Source: Alphaproteobacteria bacterium
GTDB lineage: Bacteria > Pseudomonadota > Alphaproteobacteria > Micavibrionales > Micavibrionaceae
DNA length: 39,510 nt
Reading direction: 5' to 3'
NCBI GenBank assembly: GCA_007117665.1
Contig: SKGD01000124.1
Location: 1-39,510 of the forward strand
Of the stretch, positions 26,849 to 38,069 are shown piece by piece; the first letter of the stretch is position 1; each line of letters begins with the position of its first letter. The position numbers and the translations under genes are program-made. Below the pieces are notes generated by a model. The model did no database searches. It saw only the letters and a list, made by a program, of their open reading frames with translations, and was not told where the DNA came from.

Positions 26849-27576
26849 GATTTTCTCGCTGTTATAAAATAATTTACGCCCATTCCTTTGTCTGAAACAT
26901 AAAACTTACCTTCCAGAGCATTGTAATATAGGCCATTTTCATCGACTGGCGTTAAGCCGCTTGCTCGCATGAGGCGCGCTGTTTCCGATGGCCGCAGAAA
27001 TTTCCGCCAATTATGCGTTCCGGCGGGAACCCAGCGCAGGACATATTCGGCGGCGATAATGGCTTTTAAAAAAGACTCAGCCGTACGGTTGGGCGTTGAT
27101 AAAATGACCAGTCCGCCGGGTTTGCACAAAGCCGCGCAGGAATCTATAAAAGCCGCCGGATCAGCAACATGCTCGATGATTTCAAGCGCCAGAACGATGT
27201 CGCAGGATTCGTTGATATCCTCGGCCGCGGCGCAGCGATAATCAATGGCAAGCCCTTGTGAGGCGGCGTGGTCTTTGGCGACATTAATCGCCACGGGGTC
27301 GGCGTCAATGCCGGTTACGGCGGCGCCCATCCGAGCCAGCGGTTCGCACACAAGCCCGCCACCGCACCCGATATCAACCACCGACAGGCCGGAGAGTGGT
27401 GTCATGGCGTTTTCCCGGTCGCCAAAATGACGGCAAGCCATATCGCGAATGTAAGACAGGCGCGCCGGATTCATTTTGTGGAGTGGCGCAAACGGCCCTG
27501 ATTCATCCCACCAACGGGCTGAATCTTTTGAAAAATGATCAATTTCGTGGCGATCGACCGTATTTTTTCGGGTCAT
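26845..27576 (-). CDS. ubiG: bifunctional 3-demethylubiquinol 3-O-methyltransferase / 2-polyprenyl-6-hydroxyphenol methylase
   Basis: EIDHFSKDSARWWDESGPFAPLHKMNPARLSYIRD and the SAM motif VVDIGCGGGLVCEPLARMG. Confidence 0.92.
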   Translation of the reverse strand: MTRKNTVDRHEIDHFSKDSARWWDESGPFAPLHKMNPARLSYIRDMACRHFGDRENAMTPLSGLSVVDIGCGGGLVCEPLARMGAAVTGIDADPVAINVAKDHAASQGLAIDYRCAAAEDINESCDIVLALEIIEHVADPAAFIDSCAALCKPGGLVILSTPNRTAESFLKAIIAAEYVLRWVPAGTHNWRKFLRPSETARLMRASGLTPVDENGLYYNALEGKFYVSDKGMGVNYFITARKS

Positions 27577-27682
27577 ATTTACAGCTTATTATCAAAAGTT
27601 CTTTTTGCGTTTTTACATCTATCGCAGTATGGATAGGCTAGGTCGCTGTGACAAGTTTTTTACTAAAAAAGGCCGTGGGAGA

Positions 27683-28927
27683 ATGGGCAGGCTGGTTATG
27701 AAATTCGGGGGGACGTCCGTCGCGGATATCGCGCGGATCGAAGCCGCCGCCGAGAAAGTCGTTGCCGAGATTGCGCGCGGCCATCAGGTCGCCGTCGTCG
27801 TATCGGCCATGGCAGGCGTGACTAACAGCCTGATCGGTTATTGCCGGGATGTCAGCCCTTTGCACGATGCGCGGGAATATGATGCGGTTGTGTCCAGCGG
27901 TGAAAATGTGACATCGGGGTTGATGGCGCTGGCGCTGCAAAAGCGCGGTGTTCAGGCGCGCTCATGGCAGGGCTGGCAAGTGCCGATCAAATGCACGGAT
28001 ATGCACGGCAAGGCGCGGATTGTCACGATTGACGCCACCGCCATGGCGGAACGGCTCGATAGTGGCGAGGTGGCTGTTCTGGCCGGGTTTCAGGGCGTGA
28101 CATCCAGAAACCGTATCACGACACTCGGCCGGGGCGGGTCGGATACAACGGCTGTTGCGTTGGCTGCGGCTTTGGGCGCGGATCGGTGTGACATTTATAC
28201 CGATGTCAGCGGCGTGTTTACCACCGACCCGCGTATCGTGCCGCAGGCACGCAAGCTGGATCGTATTTCTTATGAAGAAATGCTGGAAATGGCGTCTTTG
28301 GGTGCAAAAGTTTTGCAGACGCGCTCTGTCGAGATGGCAATGAAGCAAAATGTCCCGGTTCAGGTGCTGTCCAGCATGGAAGACCCGATCGGCAGCACGT
28401 TCCCTGGAACGCTGGTTACAAAAGAGGAGGATATTTTGGAGCAGGAAATTGTTAACGGCATCACATACAGCAAGGATGAAGCCAAAATAACCTTGCGCGG
28501 GGTGCCGGACGTGCCGGGCGTGGCGGCGCGCATATTCGGCCCTCTGGCAGATGCGGCGATCAATGTTGATATGATCGTCCAGAATATTTCCGATGACCGC
28601 AAGACAACCGACATTACGTTTACGGTTACGGCAACGGATTTGCACCGGGCGCTGGAGGCATTGCGGAAATGCGAGGATCTGAAAGACACAAAGATCATTG
28701 CGGATGAAGATGTCGTGAAAGTATCGATTGTCGGGATCGGGATGCGAAGCCATGCCGGGGTCGCCAGCACCATGTTTCGCGCCTTGTCGGAAAAAGGCAT
28801 TAATATTGAGGTAATCTCGACATCCGAGATTAAAATCAGCGTTCTTTTGCTTAAGGAATACACCGAACTTGCGGTGCGGACGCTGCATATTGCATATGGG
28901 CTGGAAAAGAAAGCAGAGATAGCTTAA
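27683..28927 (+). CDS. lysC: aspartate kinase
   Basis: VMKFGGTSVADIARIE, the kinase core, and two C-terminal ACT domains. The start is set at ATG 27683, preceded by GGGAGA. The ORF-track start at 27605 adds a non-homologous leader. Confidence 0.95.
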   Translation: MGRLVMKFGGTSVADIARIEAAAEKVVAEIARGHQVAVVVSAMAGVTNSLIGYCRDVSPLHDAREYDAVVSSGENVTSGLMALALQKRGVQARSWQGWQVPIKCTDMHGKARIVTIDATAMAERLDSGEVAVLAGFQGVTSRNRITTLGRGGSDTTAVALAAALGADRCDIYTDVSGVFTTDPRIVPQARKLDRISYEEMLEMASLGAKVLQTRSVEMAMKQNVPVQVLSSMEDPIGSTFPGTLVTKEEDILEQEIVNGITYSKDEAKITLRGVPDVPGVAARIFGPLADAAINVDMIVQNISDDRKTTDITFTVTATDLHRALEALRKCEDLKDTKIIADEDVVKVSIVGIGMRSHAGVASTMFRALSEKGINIEVISTSEIKISVLLLKEYTELAVRTLHIAYGLEKKAEIA

Positions 28928-28961
28928 TGTGATTTTCACATAATGAAAATTTTGAGCAGAT

Positions 28962-29840
28962 ATGAGCTTTGACCCGAATTCACTAAGCCGCCAGCAATGG
29001 GCGGAGATGATGAACCTGCCCGTAGGGGAGATCCTGCGGCGCATGCGGGTGCATTACGGGTTACAATTGCATGATGTTGAGCTGGCCTTGCGGATTCGGG
29101 CGGTACAGATTGATGCGATCGAGCGGGGCGACATGGACAGGCTGCCCGGGCGGGTTTATGCGATTGGCTTTGTTCGTGCCTATGCCGAGTTTTTGGGGCT
29201 TGAAGGCGATAAAATCGTGCATCTGTTCAAAGCACAACTTGTCGGGAATAAAGCCCGGCCGGAGCTTCAGTTTCCCGTTTCGGCATCGGAAAGCAAATTG
29301 CCCGGAAAATATATTCTGGCGGCGTCTTTTATGGCGTTGCTTGTGCTGGTTGGCGGGGCGGCGCTGTGGCGGGCTGGCGGCACGTCTGAAACCTATGCGA
29401 TACCGGATGTGCCGGGTGATATGATCCGCGCCGAAGACCGCATCGTATTCGGCCCGCCGGCGCCGACGGCATCACATGCTTTATCGGCCATTGAGCCAGC
29501 GGCGGGAGTTGATCCTCAGGAAAAAGAGCTTTTACACCGGATTGAGATTCGGGCGCAGGACGATGTATGGGTCGAAATTCGCGATTCACAGCGCAAGGTT
29601 TTGCTGTCGCGGGTTTTGAAACCCGGCGATAGCTATTTAGTGCCTGATCAGGACGGCCTTGTGATGGATACGGGTAATGTCGGCGCGCTGGTTTTCCTGC
29701 TGGATGGCGAGGATTTGTCTCCGCGCGGTGAAAATGGCGACATTATCCGCGGCATGGCTTTGTCTCCTGAGGCTCTGTTGCCGCAACCCCTTCCCGAAAC
29801 GACAGATCATATCGCTCACGATATTTTCGGTTCAGAGTAG
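28962..29840 (+). CDS. RodZ-like helix-turn-helix protein (HTH + TM + DUF4115)
   Basis: HTH region [38 protein letters not shown], a central TM helix, and a C-terminal DUF4115-like beta domain. Confidence 0.8.
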   Translation: MSFDPNSLSRQQWAEMMNLPVGEILRRMRVHYGLQLHDVELALRIRAVQIDAIERGDMDRLPGRVYAIGFVRAYAEFLGLEGDKIVHLFKAQLVGNKARPELQFPVSASESKLPGKYILAASFMALLVLVGGAALWRAGGTSETYAIPDVPGDMIRAEDRIVFGPPAPTASHALSAIEPAAGVDPQEKELLHRIEIRAQDDVWVEIRDSQRKVLLSRVLKPGDSYLVPDQDGLVMDTGNVGALVFLLDGEDLSPRGENGDIIRGMALSPEALLPQPLPETTDHIAHDIFGSE

Positions 29841-29845
29841 CGCCT

Positions 29846-30910
29846 ATGTCTATCCTGCGTAAATTGGCGCCTGTTCAGGCGCGCTATGAAGAGCTGGCTG
29901 CGTTGATGGCGGCGGGTGATCTGTCTGGCGATGCGTTTGTCAGGCTATCGACCGAATATGCGGAACTGACCCCTGTCATCGAAGCCAAAAATGCCTATGA
30001 AAAGGCGCTGGCGGAGAAGCAGGATCTTGAAAGCCTGCTGGATGATCCAGAAATGCGGGATATGGCTTATGAGGAATTAAAGGCGCTGAGCGAGACAATA
30101 TCCGGTCTTGAGGATGGCATAAAGAGAGTCCTGATCCCCAAAGATGAAGCGGATCGTAAAAATGCGATCCTGGAGATTCGCGCCGGCACCGGCGGGGATG
30201 AAGCCGCCTTGTTCGCCGGTGATTTGTTGGCGATGTATAAAGGTTATGCGGCTTGTATGGGATGGACGTTTGAGATTATGGATTTCTCGGAAAGCGAAGT
30301 TGGTGGGTTTAAGGAAGTGATCGCCGCGATCAAGGGGCATAATGTCTTTGAAAAGCTTAAATACGAAGCTGGCGTCCACAGGGTGCAGCGTGTCCCCAAG
30401 ACTGAATCGGGTGGTCGCATCCACACATCGGCGGCGACGGTGGCGATTCTGCCCGAAGCCGAAGAGGTTGATGTGACGATCAATGAAAAGGATCTGCGGG
30501 TTGATACTTACAGATCGCAAGGCGCCGGCGGGCAGCATGTCAACACGACCGATAGCGCCGTGCGGATTACCCATCTTCCTTCGGGGCTGGTTGTGGAAAT
30601 GCAGGATGAGCGATCCCAGCATAAAAACCGTGATAAAGCGATGGCTGTCCTGCGGACACGGCTATATGACCTGCAACGCCAGCAAGCCCAGCAAGCGCGC
30701 GCCGCAGACCGAAAGTCACAGGTCGGGTCGGGTGATCGTTCCGAACGTATCCGCACCTATAATTTCCCGCAAGGGCGCGTGACCGATCACCGGATTAACC
30801 TGACGCTTTACAAGCTTGATGACGTGCTGGGCGGCGAGGCCTTGCCCGAAGTGATCGACCAGCTTATCGCCGAGGATCAGGCCGAGAAACTCGCGGCGAT
30901 GAATATTTAG
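29846..30910 (+). CDS. prfA: peptide chain release factor 1
   Basis: GGQ motif ([24 protein letters not shown]) and the PxT recognition loop ([17 protein letters not shown]). Confidence 0.97.
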   Translation: MSILRKLAPVQARYEELAALMAAGDLSGDAFVRLSTEYAELTPVIEAKNAYEKALAEKQDLESLLDDPEMRDMAYEELKALSETISGLEDGIKRVLIPKDEADRKNAILEIRAGTGGDEAALFAGDLLAMYKGYAACMGWTFEIMDFSESEVGGFKEVIAAIKGHNVFEKLKYEAGVHRVQRVPKTESGGRIHTSAATVAILPEAEEVDVTINEKDLRVDTYRSQGAGGQHVNTTDSAVRITHLPSGLVVEMQDERSQHKNRDKAMAVLRTRLYDLQRQQAQQARAADRKSQVGSGDRSERIRTYNFPQGRVTDHRINLTLYKLDDVLGGEALPEVIDQLIAEDQAEKLAAMNI

Positions 30911-31179
30911 GGTCAGACCTCATTCATTTCGTAAATTCTGCGCGAGAAAATTTTTAGTGAATATTCGGGAAAAGCGCGAAGAGCATAGCCGTCGCTATGG
31001 TCAAGCGCTTTGAGCAAATAGACACAAGAATTTACCGCGCCCTTACGGGTTGCCAATGATAAATACATCTACGGCGTCAAGCAAGCTTACCGTAGGCACC
31101 GCTACGCTTTCGCTTGCTTTCCTAGTATCTGCATTTATCATTGGCAACAGAACTTTACGAAATGAATGAGGTCTGACCC
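30910..31179. mobile_element. non-autonomous MITE-like element with long terminal inverted repeats and flanking TA
   Basis: 30906-30935 is the exact reverse complement of 31154-31183 (30 bp). There are two further internal long hairpins and no credible ORF. TA flanks both sides of GGGTCAGACC.../...GGTCTGACCC. Clean excision restores a tight prfA-prmC junction. Confidence 0.7.
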
Positions 31180-31196
31180 TAAAGGACATACGGGCT

Positions 31197-32045
31197 TTGG
31201 ATTTATTTGATCTGTACCAGCATGTGAAGCGCCGGTTTCGTGAATCGGACGTTGAGGATGCCGATCTGGCAGCCAGATTTTTGATTCGTGAAACATGCGG
31301 CATATCGGATTCTGCGTTTTTAATCGGCGGCGGTGCGGCAGTGGATAATGATCTGCGTGCCAGACTGGAGTCTTACGCGCAAAGGCATATTGACGGCGAA
31401 CCAATCAGCCGAATCCTGAACCGGGCGGCATTTTGGGATTTGTCATTCCGGGTCACGCCCGATGTTTTGGATCCGCGCCCGGAAACGGAAATGATAATCA
31501 CGCGCGCGCTGAAGATTATGCCGCGCGATTCGGATATTGATATTGCTGATCTGGGCACGGGCAGCGGTTGTTTGATCGTGACATTAATGACCCTTTACAG
31601 CCGCGCGCGGGGCTGGGCGGTTGATAAAAGCCCGGTGGCACTGGCTGTGGCGCGCGATAATGCGGTTGCGCACGGGGTGGAAGACAGAATTTCTTTTATA
31701 GAAGGTAACTGGCTTGAGTCCCCGGACAGGTTATTCGACCTGATTGTGTCGAATCCACCCTATATTCCGAATCGCGATATCGCGAATCTGGATGTTTCGG
31801 TTAAAAATTACGACCCGATTCTTGCCCTTGATGGAGGAAAAGACGGTTTTGATGCCTATCGCCAGATTATTCCGGCCATAAAAAAACATTTGAAACAGGA
31901 TGGAACGGCCTTGCTGGAGATCGGTATTTTTCAGGCTGAAAAAATCGAGCGACTCGTGGAAGACTCTGGCTTGTGCGTCAAAAGCGTACATGTGGATATG
32001 TCAGGAATTCCGCGGGTTGTGGAAATATCTTTTGGGGAAAAGTAA
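31197..32045 (+). CDS. prmC: release-factor glutamine N5-methyltransferase
   Basis: SAM motif IADLGTGSGC and catalytic VSNPPYI. TTG start with AAGGA 10 nt upstream. Confidence 0.9.
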   Translation: MDLFDLYQHVKRRFRESDVEDADLAARFLIRETCGISDSAFLIGGGAAVDNDLRARLESYAQRHIDGEPISRILNRAAFWDLSFRVTPDVLDPRPETEMIITRALKIMPRDSDIDIADLGTGSGCLIVTLMTLYSRARGWAVDKSPVALAVARDNAVAHGVEDRISFIEGNWLESPDRLFDLIVSNPPYIPNRDIANLDVSVKNYDPILALDGGKDGFDAYRQIIPAIKKHLKQDGTALLEIGIFQAEKIERLVEDSGLCVKSVHVDMSGIPRVVEISFGEK

Positions 32046-32251
32046 TTTTTTTCTTGCGCGGTTGCTTGATCGTTCCTGTCGCTTCGGGATAGATTTCAAT
32101 CATTCACGAAACGCTTTGACGGGCGATGAAAGACCGGATCGGGTTTAACAGACACGGTGCGGAACGGGGTGGCTCTGGTCAAGTGTACGTGAATCAGTTA
32201 TGATTGTACGTGTGTCCAATATCGAATCTTAAAAGGTACAGGTGAAGCAGC

Positions 32252-32695
32252 ATGAGACATGGAGCCACAGGGCGGAGATCCAGAAACCGCGGCGGGAACG
32301 GAAACGGAAATGGAAACGGGAGAAGGGGCGGTCAGAACAGAAACCAGGTGTTCGACAGCAACGGCCCGGACGTACGTATTCGAGGCACCGCGCACCAGAT
32401 TCACGAAAAATATGCTGCGTTGGCCAAAGACGCATCCAGCAGCGGCGATTATATCCTTGCCGAAAGCTATATGCAGCATGCCGAACATTATATGCGCGTT
32501 ATTAATAGCTGGCAGGATGAATTGATGGAGCTTGAGGCGAATGGCTGGAAAGCCGCGCCCCGCGCCGAGACATCCCCTGCGCGAACAACTGAGACGCACG
32601 CATCACAAGATGATGGAGATGATATGGGGTTGCCTGCCAGCATAACCGGACAAGCTGGCGCAACGCAAAAAGAGCAATCTCTGGAAGATGCTTAG
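32252..32695 (+). CDS. DUF4167 domain protein
   Basis: Arg/Gly/Asn-rich N-terminus (RNRGGNGNGNGNGRRGGQNRNQ), then VFDSNGPDVRIRGTAHQIHEKYAALAKDA...AESYMQHAEHY, the conserved DUF4167 core. I recall the prmC-clpB position as typical for this family (not searched). Confidence 0.8.
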   Translation: MRHGATGRRSRNRGGNGNGNGNGRRGGQNRNQVFDSNGPDVRIRGTAHQIHEKYAALAKDASSSGDYILAESYMQHAEHYMRVINSWQDELMELEANGWKAAPRAETSPARTTETHASQDDGDDMGLPASITGQAGATQKEQSLEDA

Positions 32696-32753
32696 GTAGT
32701 GTTGCTCACCTGTTACCCTAAGCGCTGAAAATTCATTAATGTCTTATTTGATT

Positions 32754-32782
32754 AGGGTGGCTGGCTTTCGCCACCCTTTTTC
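32754..32782 (+). terminator. rho-independent terminator after the DUF4167 gene
   Basis: AGGGTGGC (32754-32761) / GCCACCCT (32770-32777): an 8-bp stem followed by a T-run. Confidence 0.65.
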
Positions 32783-32875
32783 TTATTTATCACTTCGCCC
32801 GGCTTTTCCTTTTCTTTCCTTTCGAAGTCTTGGTCTAGGAGAATGTGAGTATTCGTACGTGTTGCCATCACTTTC

Positions 32876-32895
32876 GGATGTCCGCTCAAGGCGGA
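32876..32895. repeat. degenerate REP-like unit (copy 3)
   Basis: GGATGTCCGCTCAAGGCGGA matches GGATGCCCGCTCAAGGCGGG at 18 of 20 positions. The C-to-T change in the left arm is matched by a G-to-A change at its pairing partner. Confidence 0.5.
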
Positions 32896-32900
32896 GAGGC

Positions 32901-32973
32901 CTTGAAAAAAAATTGTTTGGGCGTAATCTCACTTTTATAATCTTTTGTGCGCGGGAGACGCGCCGGTTATAAT
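32901..32973 (+). promoter_or_regulatory. candidate promoter region for clpB (motif matches only)
   Basis: Two sigma70-like arrangements are present: TTGTTT (32913-32918)-N17-TATAAT (32936-32941) and TTGTGC (32945-32950)-N17-TATAAT (32968-32973). There is also a weak sigma32-like CTTG (32901)-N17-CGTAATCT. Confidence 0.35.
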
Positions 32974-33013
32974 CGGGTTTGTTGTAATCAGCCTTGCGGA
33001 AGAGGAGCGGACG

Positions 33014-35635
<2,622 letters not shown>

Positions 35636-35702
35636 CATCAAGTGCAGCCAACAGCTTCAAGGGCAGGCAAAGAGATTGTACATAGTTTTACGATCCGTAC
35701 GT

Positions 35703-35731
35703 CCGCGCCATTGTCACGGCGCGGCTTTTTC
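35703..35731 (+). terminator. rho-independent terminator after clpB
   Basis: CCGCGCC (35703-35709) / GGCGCGG (35718-35724) with an 8-nt loop, followed by CTTTTTC. Confidence 0.7.
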
Positions 35732-35794
35732 TGTATTTTTACCGGGATGTAATTTTAATCATGGTTCGGCCATGACAGTGGGAAAGATAATTTG

Positions 35795-36592
35795 ATGATC
35801 CGTTATATTTTATCCGGTTTCTTGGTTTTTGGGTTGGCAGCTTGTGCGACGGTGATGGATGACACATCACAGGATATTGCGTTTGAGGTTCTCGGTGCTG
35901 AGGAATCCTACTGTATTGTCGATAACGGCATGTTGCGCTACAGGGTGTTTCCGCCCGAAACAAGGCGCATAACGAAAAAACCCGGTGATTTGGTTGTGGA
36001 ATGTTTTGCCGATGGCGGGCGCAGCCAGAAAGCAGTTTATGGCCAAAAAACCGCCGATGCTCATAAATTTAACGCACTGACGGGGGGCGCGGGCGGTCTG
36101 GTTGATTACCATACTGGCGCGCTGTTTCAATATCCGGAACGAATCGTAATGGATTTCCGCAGCACACCGCCGCAAATGGCGCCTTTGCCAAGCTATCAGC
36201 ATACGCTGCAAGCCAATCCTGAATTTAACCAAAAAGAACGCATCCAGTCGGGCATGCCTGCTTTGCCCGGTGAGTATGGCCGGGAACCTCATGTGCCGCA
36301 GCGCCGTCACGGCGGTGAAAGCCTTTCTGCGGATCTTTCTCCGGTCGGGACAGTGATTGAACCGGGCGTTGCCGCGCCGCCGGCACAATCTGTGCCGACT
36401 TCGCGCCCATCGGGAGGTGATGCGGATTCATTGACGCGTGAGATGAATCCCGGCGTTTTCAGCCGTCCGCCACGAGCACAGTCTTCGGCTCCCGCAGCGC
36501 CGCAAAATTTTGTTCCGCCTTCTGCGCCACCATCATCTTATAATAGCGGCTATTCTCCGGCAGCGCCGATTCCTCTTTATATGGAGCCGTAA
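35795..36592 (+). CDS. lipoprotein with a globular N-domain and a long Pro/Ser/Ala-rich disordered tail
   Basis: Lipobox FGLAAC. The ~120-aa N-domain ends in LTGGAGGLVDYHTGALFQYPERIVMDF. The C-terminal ~140 aa are proline-rich low complexity. ATG 35795 is one codon inside the TTG ORF start. Confidence 0.65.
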   Translation: MIRYILSGFLVFGLAACATVMDDTSQDIAFEVLGAEESYCIVDNGMLRYRVFPPETRRITKKPGDLVVECFADGGRSQKAVYGQKTADAHKFNALTGGAGGLVDYHTGALFQYPERIVMDFRSTPPQMAPLPSYQHTLQANPEFNQKERIQSGMPALPGEYGREPHVPQRRHGGESLSADLSPVGTVIEPGVAAPPAQSVPTSRPSGGDADSLTREMNPGVFSRPPRAQSSAPAAPQNFVPPSAPPSSYNSGYSPAAPIPLYMEP

Positions 36593-36613
36593 ACCCGGCA
36601 GGCGTAACATAAT

Positions 36614-38053
36614 ATGACCAGATATTTCTTTTGCGGGATCGGGGGCAGCGGCATGATGCCTCTGGCGATGATCCTGCAGCGCTCCGGCCATGATGTATGC
36701 GGTTCCGACCGGGCTTATGATCGCGGCCAGACACCGGAAAAATTCAAATTATTGCAAGATTCCGGGATCAAACTCTTCCCGCAGGATGGCGTTGGTGTCG
36801 CAGAGCAAAATCCCGATATTCTGGTCATATCCAGCGCGGTGGAGCCGCGCGTGCCTGATGTGCGGGTTGCCATGGAGGCGGGGATCAGAATTGAAAAGCG
36901 CGCCAAAATCCTTGCGGATATTGCCAATGCCCGGCGTACGATCGCCGTGGGCGGCACCAGCGGCAAAACGACAGTGACCGGCATGATTGCTTTTATTCTG
37001 GCATCATGCGGTCTTGATCCGTCCATGGTGAATGGCGGCCATGTCGTTAATTTTGAACAAGACGGTACCGGCGGCGCTTTTTATATCGGTGGGGCGGATG
37101 TTTTCGTTACCGAACTTGATGAAAGTGACGGGTCGATTGCCTTGTTTACGCCATCTGTTGCGGTTCTGAACAATATCAGCCTTGATCATAAATCCATGGA
37201 TGAGCTGCAAACATTATTTGGCGGTTTTGCCGCCGCCGCGCAGGAAGTCGTTATTGTGAATGGTGATGATCCCGCATGTGGAAATATCCTCACAGAAAAC
37301 ATTAAGAGTCTTTCGTATTCAATTGATAAAAAAGATTCATTTTTATTTTGCGAGGACGCAGCCATGCATGCGGATAGCAGTCATGTCCGCGTGATATGCC
37401 CGGCGCGCGGTGAATCGTGTGATCTCCGCATTCCGGTGCCGGGGCGTCATAATATTTCCAATGCTTTGGCGGCGCTAACGGTGGCGCTTTATATGGGTGT
37501 GACGTTGCGCGCGGCTTGTGACGGGCTGGCGCAGTTTAAGGGGATTCGGCGGCGTTTCGAGATTGTCGGCAGCGCAGCCAATGTCACGGTTATTGACGAT
37601 TTCGGGCATAATCCCGACAAAATTGCCGCGACTTTGGCAACATTAAAGCAAGTTAACGGACGGCTTTTGCTTATGTTCCAGCCGCACGGATTCGGCCCTG
37701 TGAAGATGATGGGGGCGGCGTTGATACAGACATTTGCGGATTATCTGGGCAAGGAGGATATTCTGGCGGTGCCCGAAATTTATGATGCGGGCGGGACAGC
37801 CGATCGCAGCGTGTCATCGGAATCACTCACCGCGCCTTTGGCGGCACAGGGCTTTCAGGCGATGTTTTTCCCGTCACGAGACGATGTTGCCGCTTATTTT
37901 GTGTCACAGGCGCGCGCCGGTGACCGCATTGTCATCATGGGCGCACGGGACGATACATTGCCCGGTTTTGCACGAAATATTGTGCAGTCTTTGCGCCTAA
38001 AGGCGGGAGAGCCTTGTCCGGATGAAAAAAATCACGCAAAATCAGCCTCCTGA
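36614..38053 (+). CDS. MurC-like Mur-family ligase (UDP-N-acetylmuramate--amino acid ligase homologue), outside any dcw cluster context
   Basis: MurC-type blocks: GIGGSGMMPLA, P-loop GGTSGKTTVTG, TELDESDGS, NISLDHKS, GRHNISNALAAL, GIRRRFEIVG, DDFGHNPDKI, FQPHGF. Confidence 0.85.
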   Translation: MTRYFFCGIGGSGMMPLAMILQRSGHDVCGSDRAYDRGQTPEKFKLLQDSGIKLFPQDGVGVAEQNPDILVISSAVEPRVPDVRVAMEAGIRIEKRAKILADIANARRTIAVGGTSGKTTVTGMIAFILASCGLDPSMVNGGHVVNFEQDGTGGAFYIGGADVFVTELDESDGSIALFTPSVAVLNNISLDHKSMDELQTLFGGFAAAAQEVVIVNGDDPACGNILTENIKSLSYSIDKKDSFLFCEDAAMHADSSHVRVICPARGESCDLRIPVPGRHNISNALAALTVALYMGVTLRAACDGLAQFKGIRRRFEIVGSAANVTVIDDFGHNPDKIAATLATLKQVNGRLLLMFQPHGFGPVKMMGAALIQTFADYLGKEDILAVPEIYDAGGTADRSVSSESLTAPLAAQGFQAMFFPSRDDVAAYFVSQARAGDRIVIMGARDDTLPGFARNIVQSLRLKAGEPCPDEKNHAKSAS

Positions 38054-38069
38054 ACAGTGAGGCATAAAA

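Noticed and set aside
27577-27682. Possible lysine riboswitch or leader upstream of aspartokinase, and the ORF-track start at 27605
   Set aside because: The spacer is only ~106 nt, AT-rich, and lacks the conserved L-box helices as far as I can see. I treat it as an ordinary divergent promoter region shared with ubiG.
27962-29044. 360-aa minus-strand ORF
   Set aside because: It is antisense to aspartokinase and to the start of the RodZ-like gene. There is no recognisable domain, and it has the Arg/His/Cys-rich composition typical of a shadow frame.
31043-31404. 86-aa and 88-aa minus-strand ORFs spanning the MITE and the prmC 5' end
   Set aside because: They cross the element boundary and run antisense into prmC. 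They have no RBS or motif and are too short to encode a transposase.
35757-35778. CATGGTTCGGCCATGACAGTGGG resembles the REP tail GCGGGCATGACAGTTGG
   Set aside because: Only the CATGACAGT core is shared, the stem is 5 bp, and the arms differ. I do not count it as a family member.
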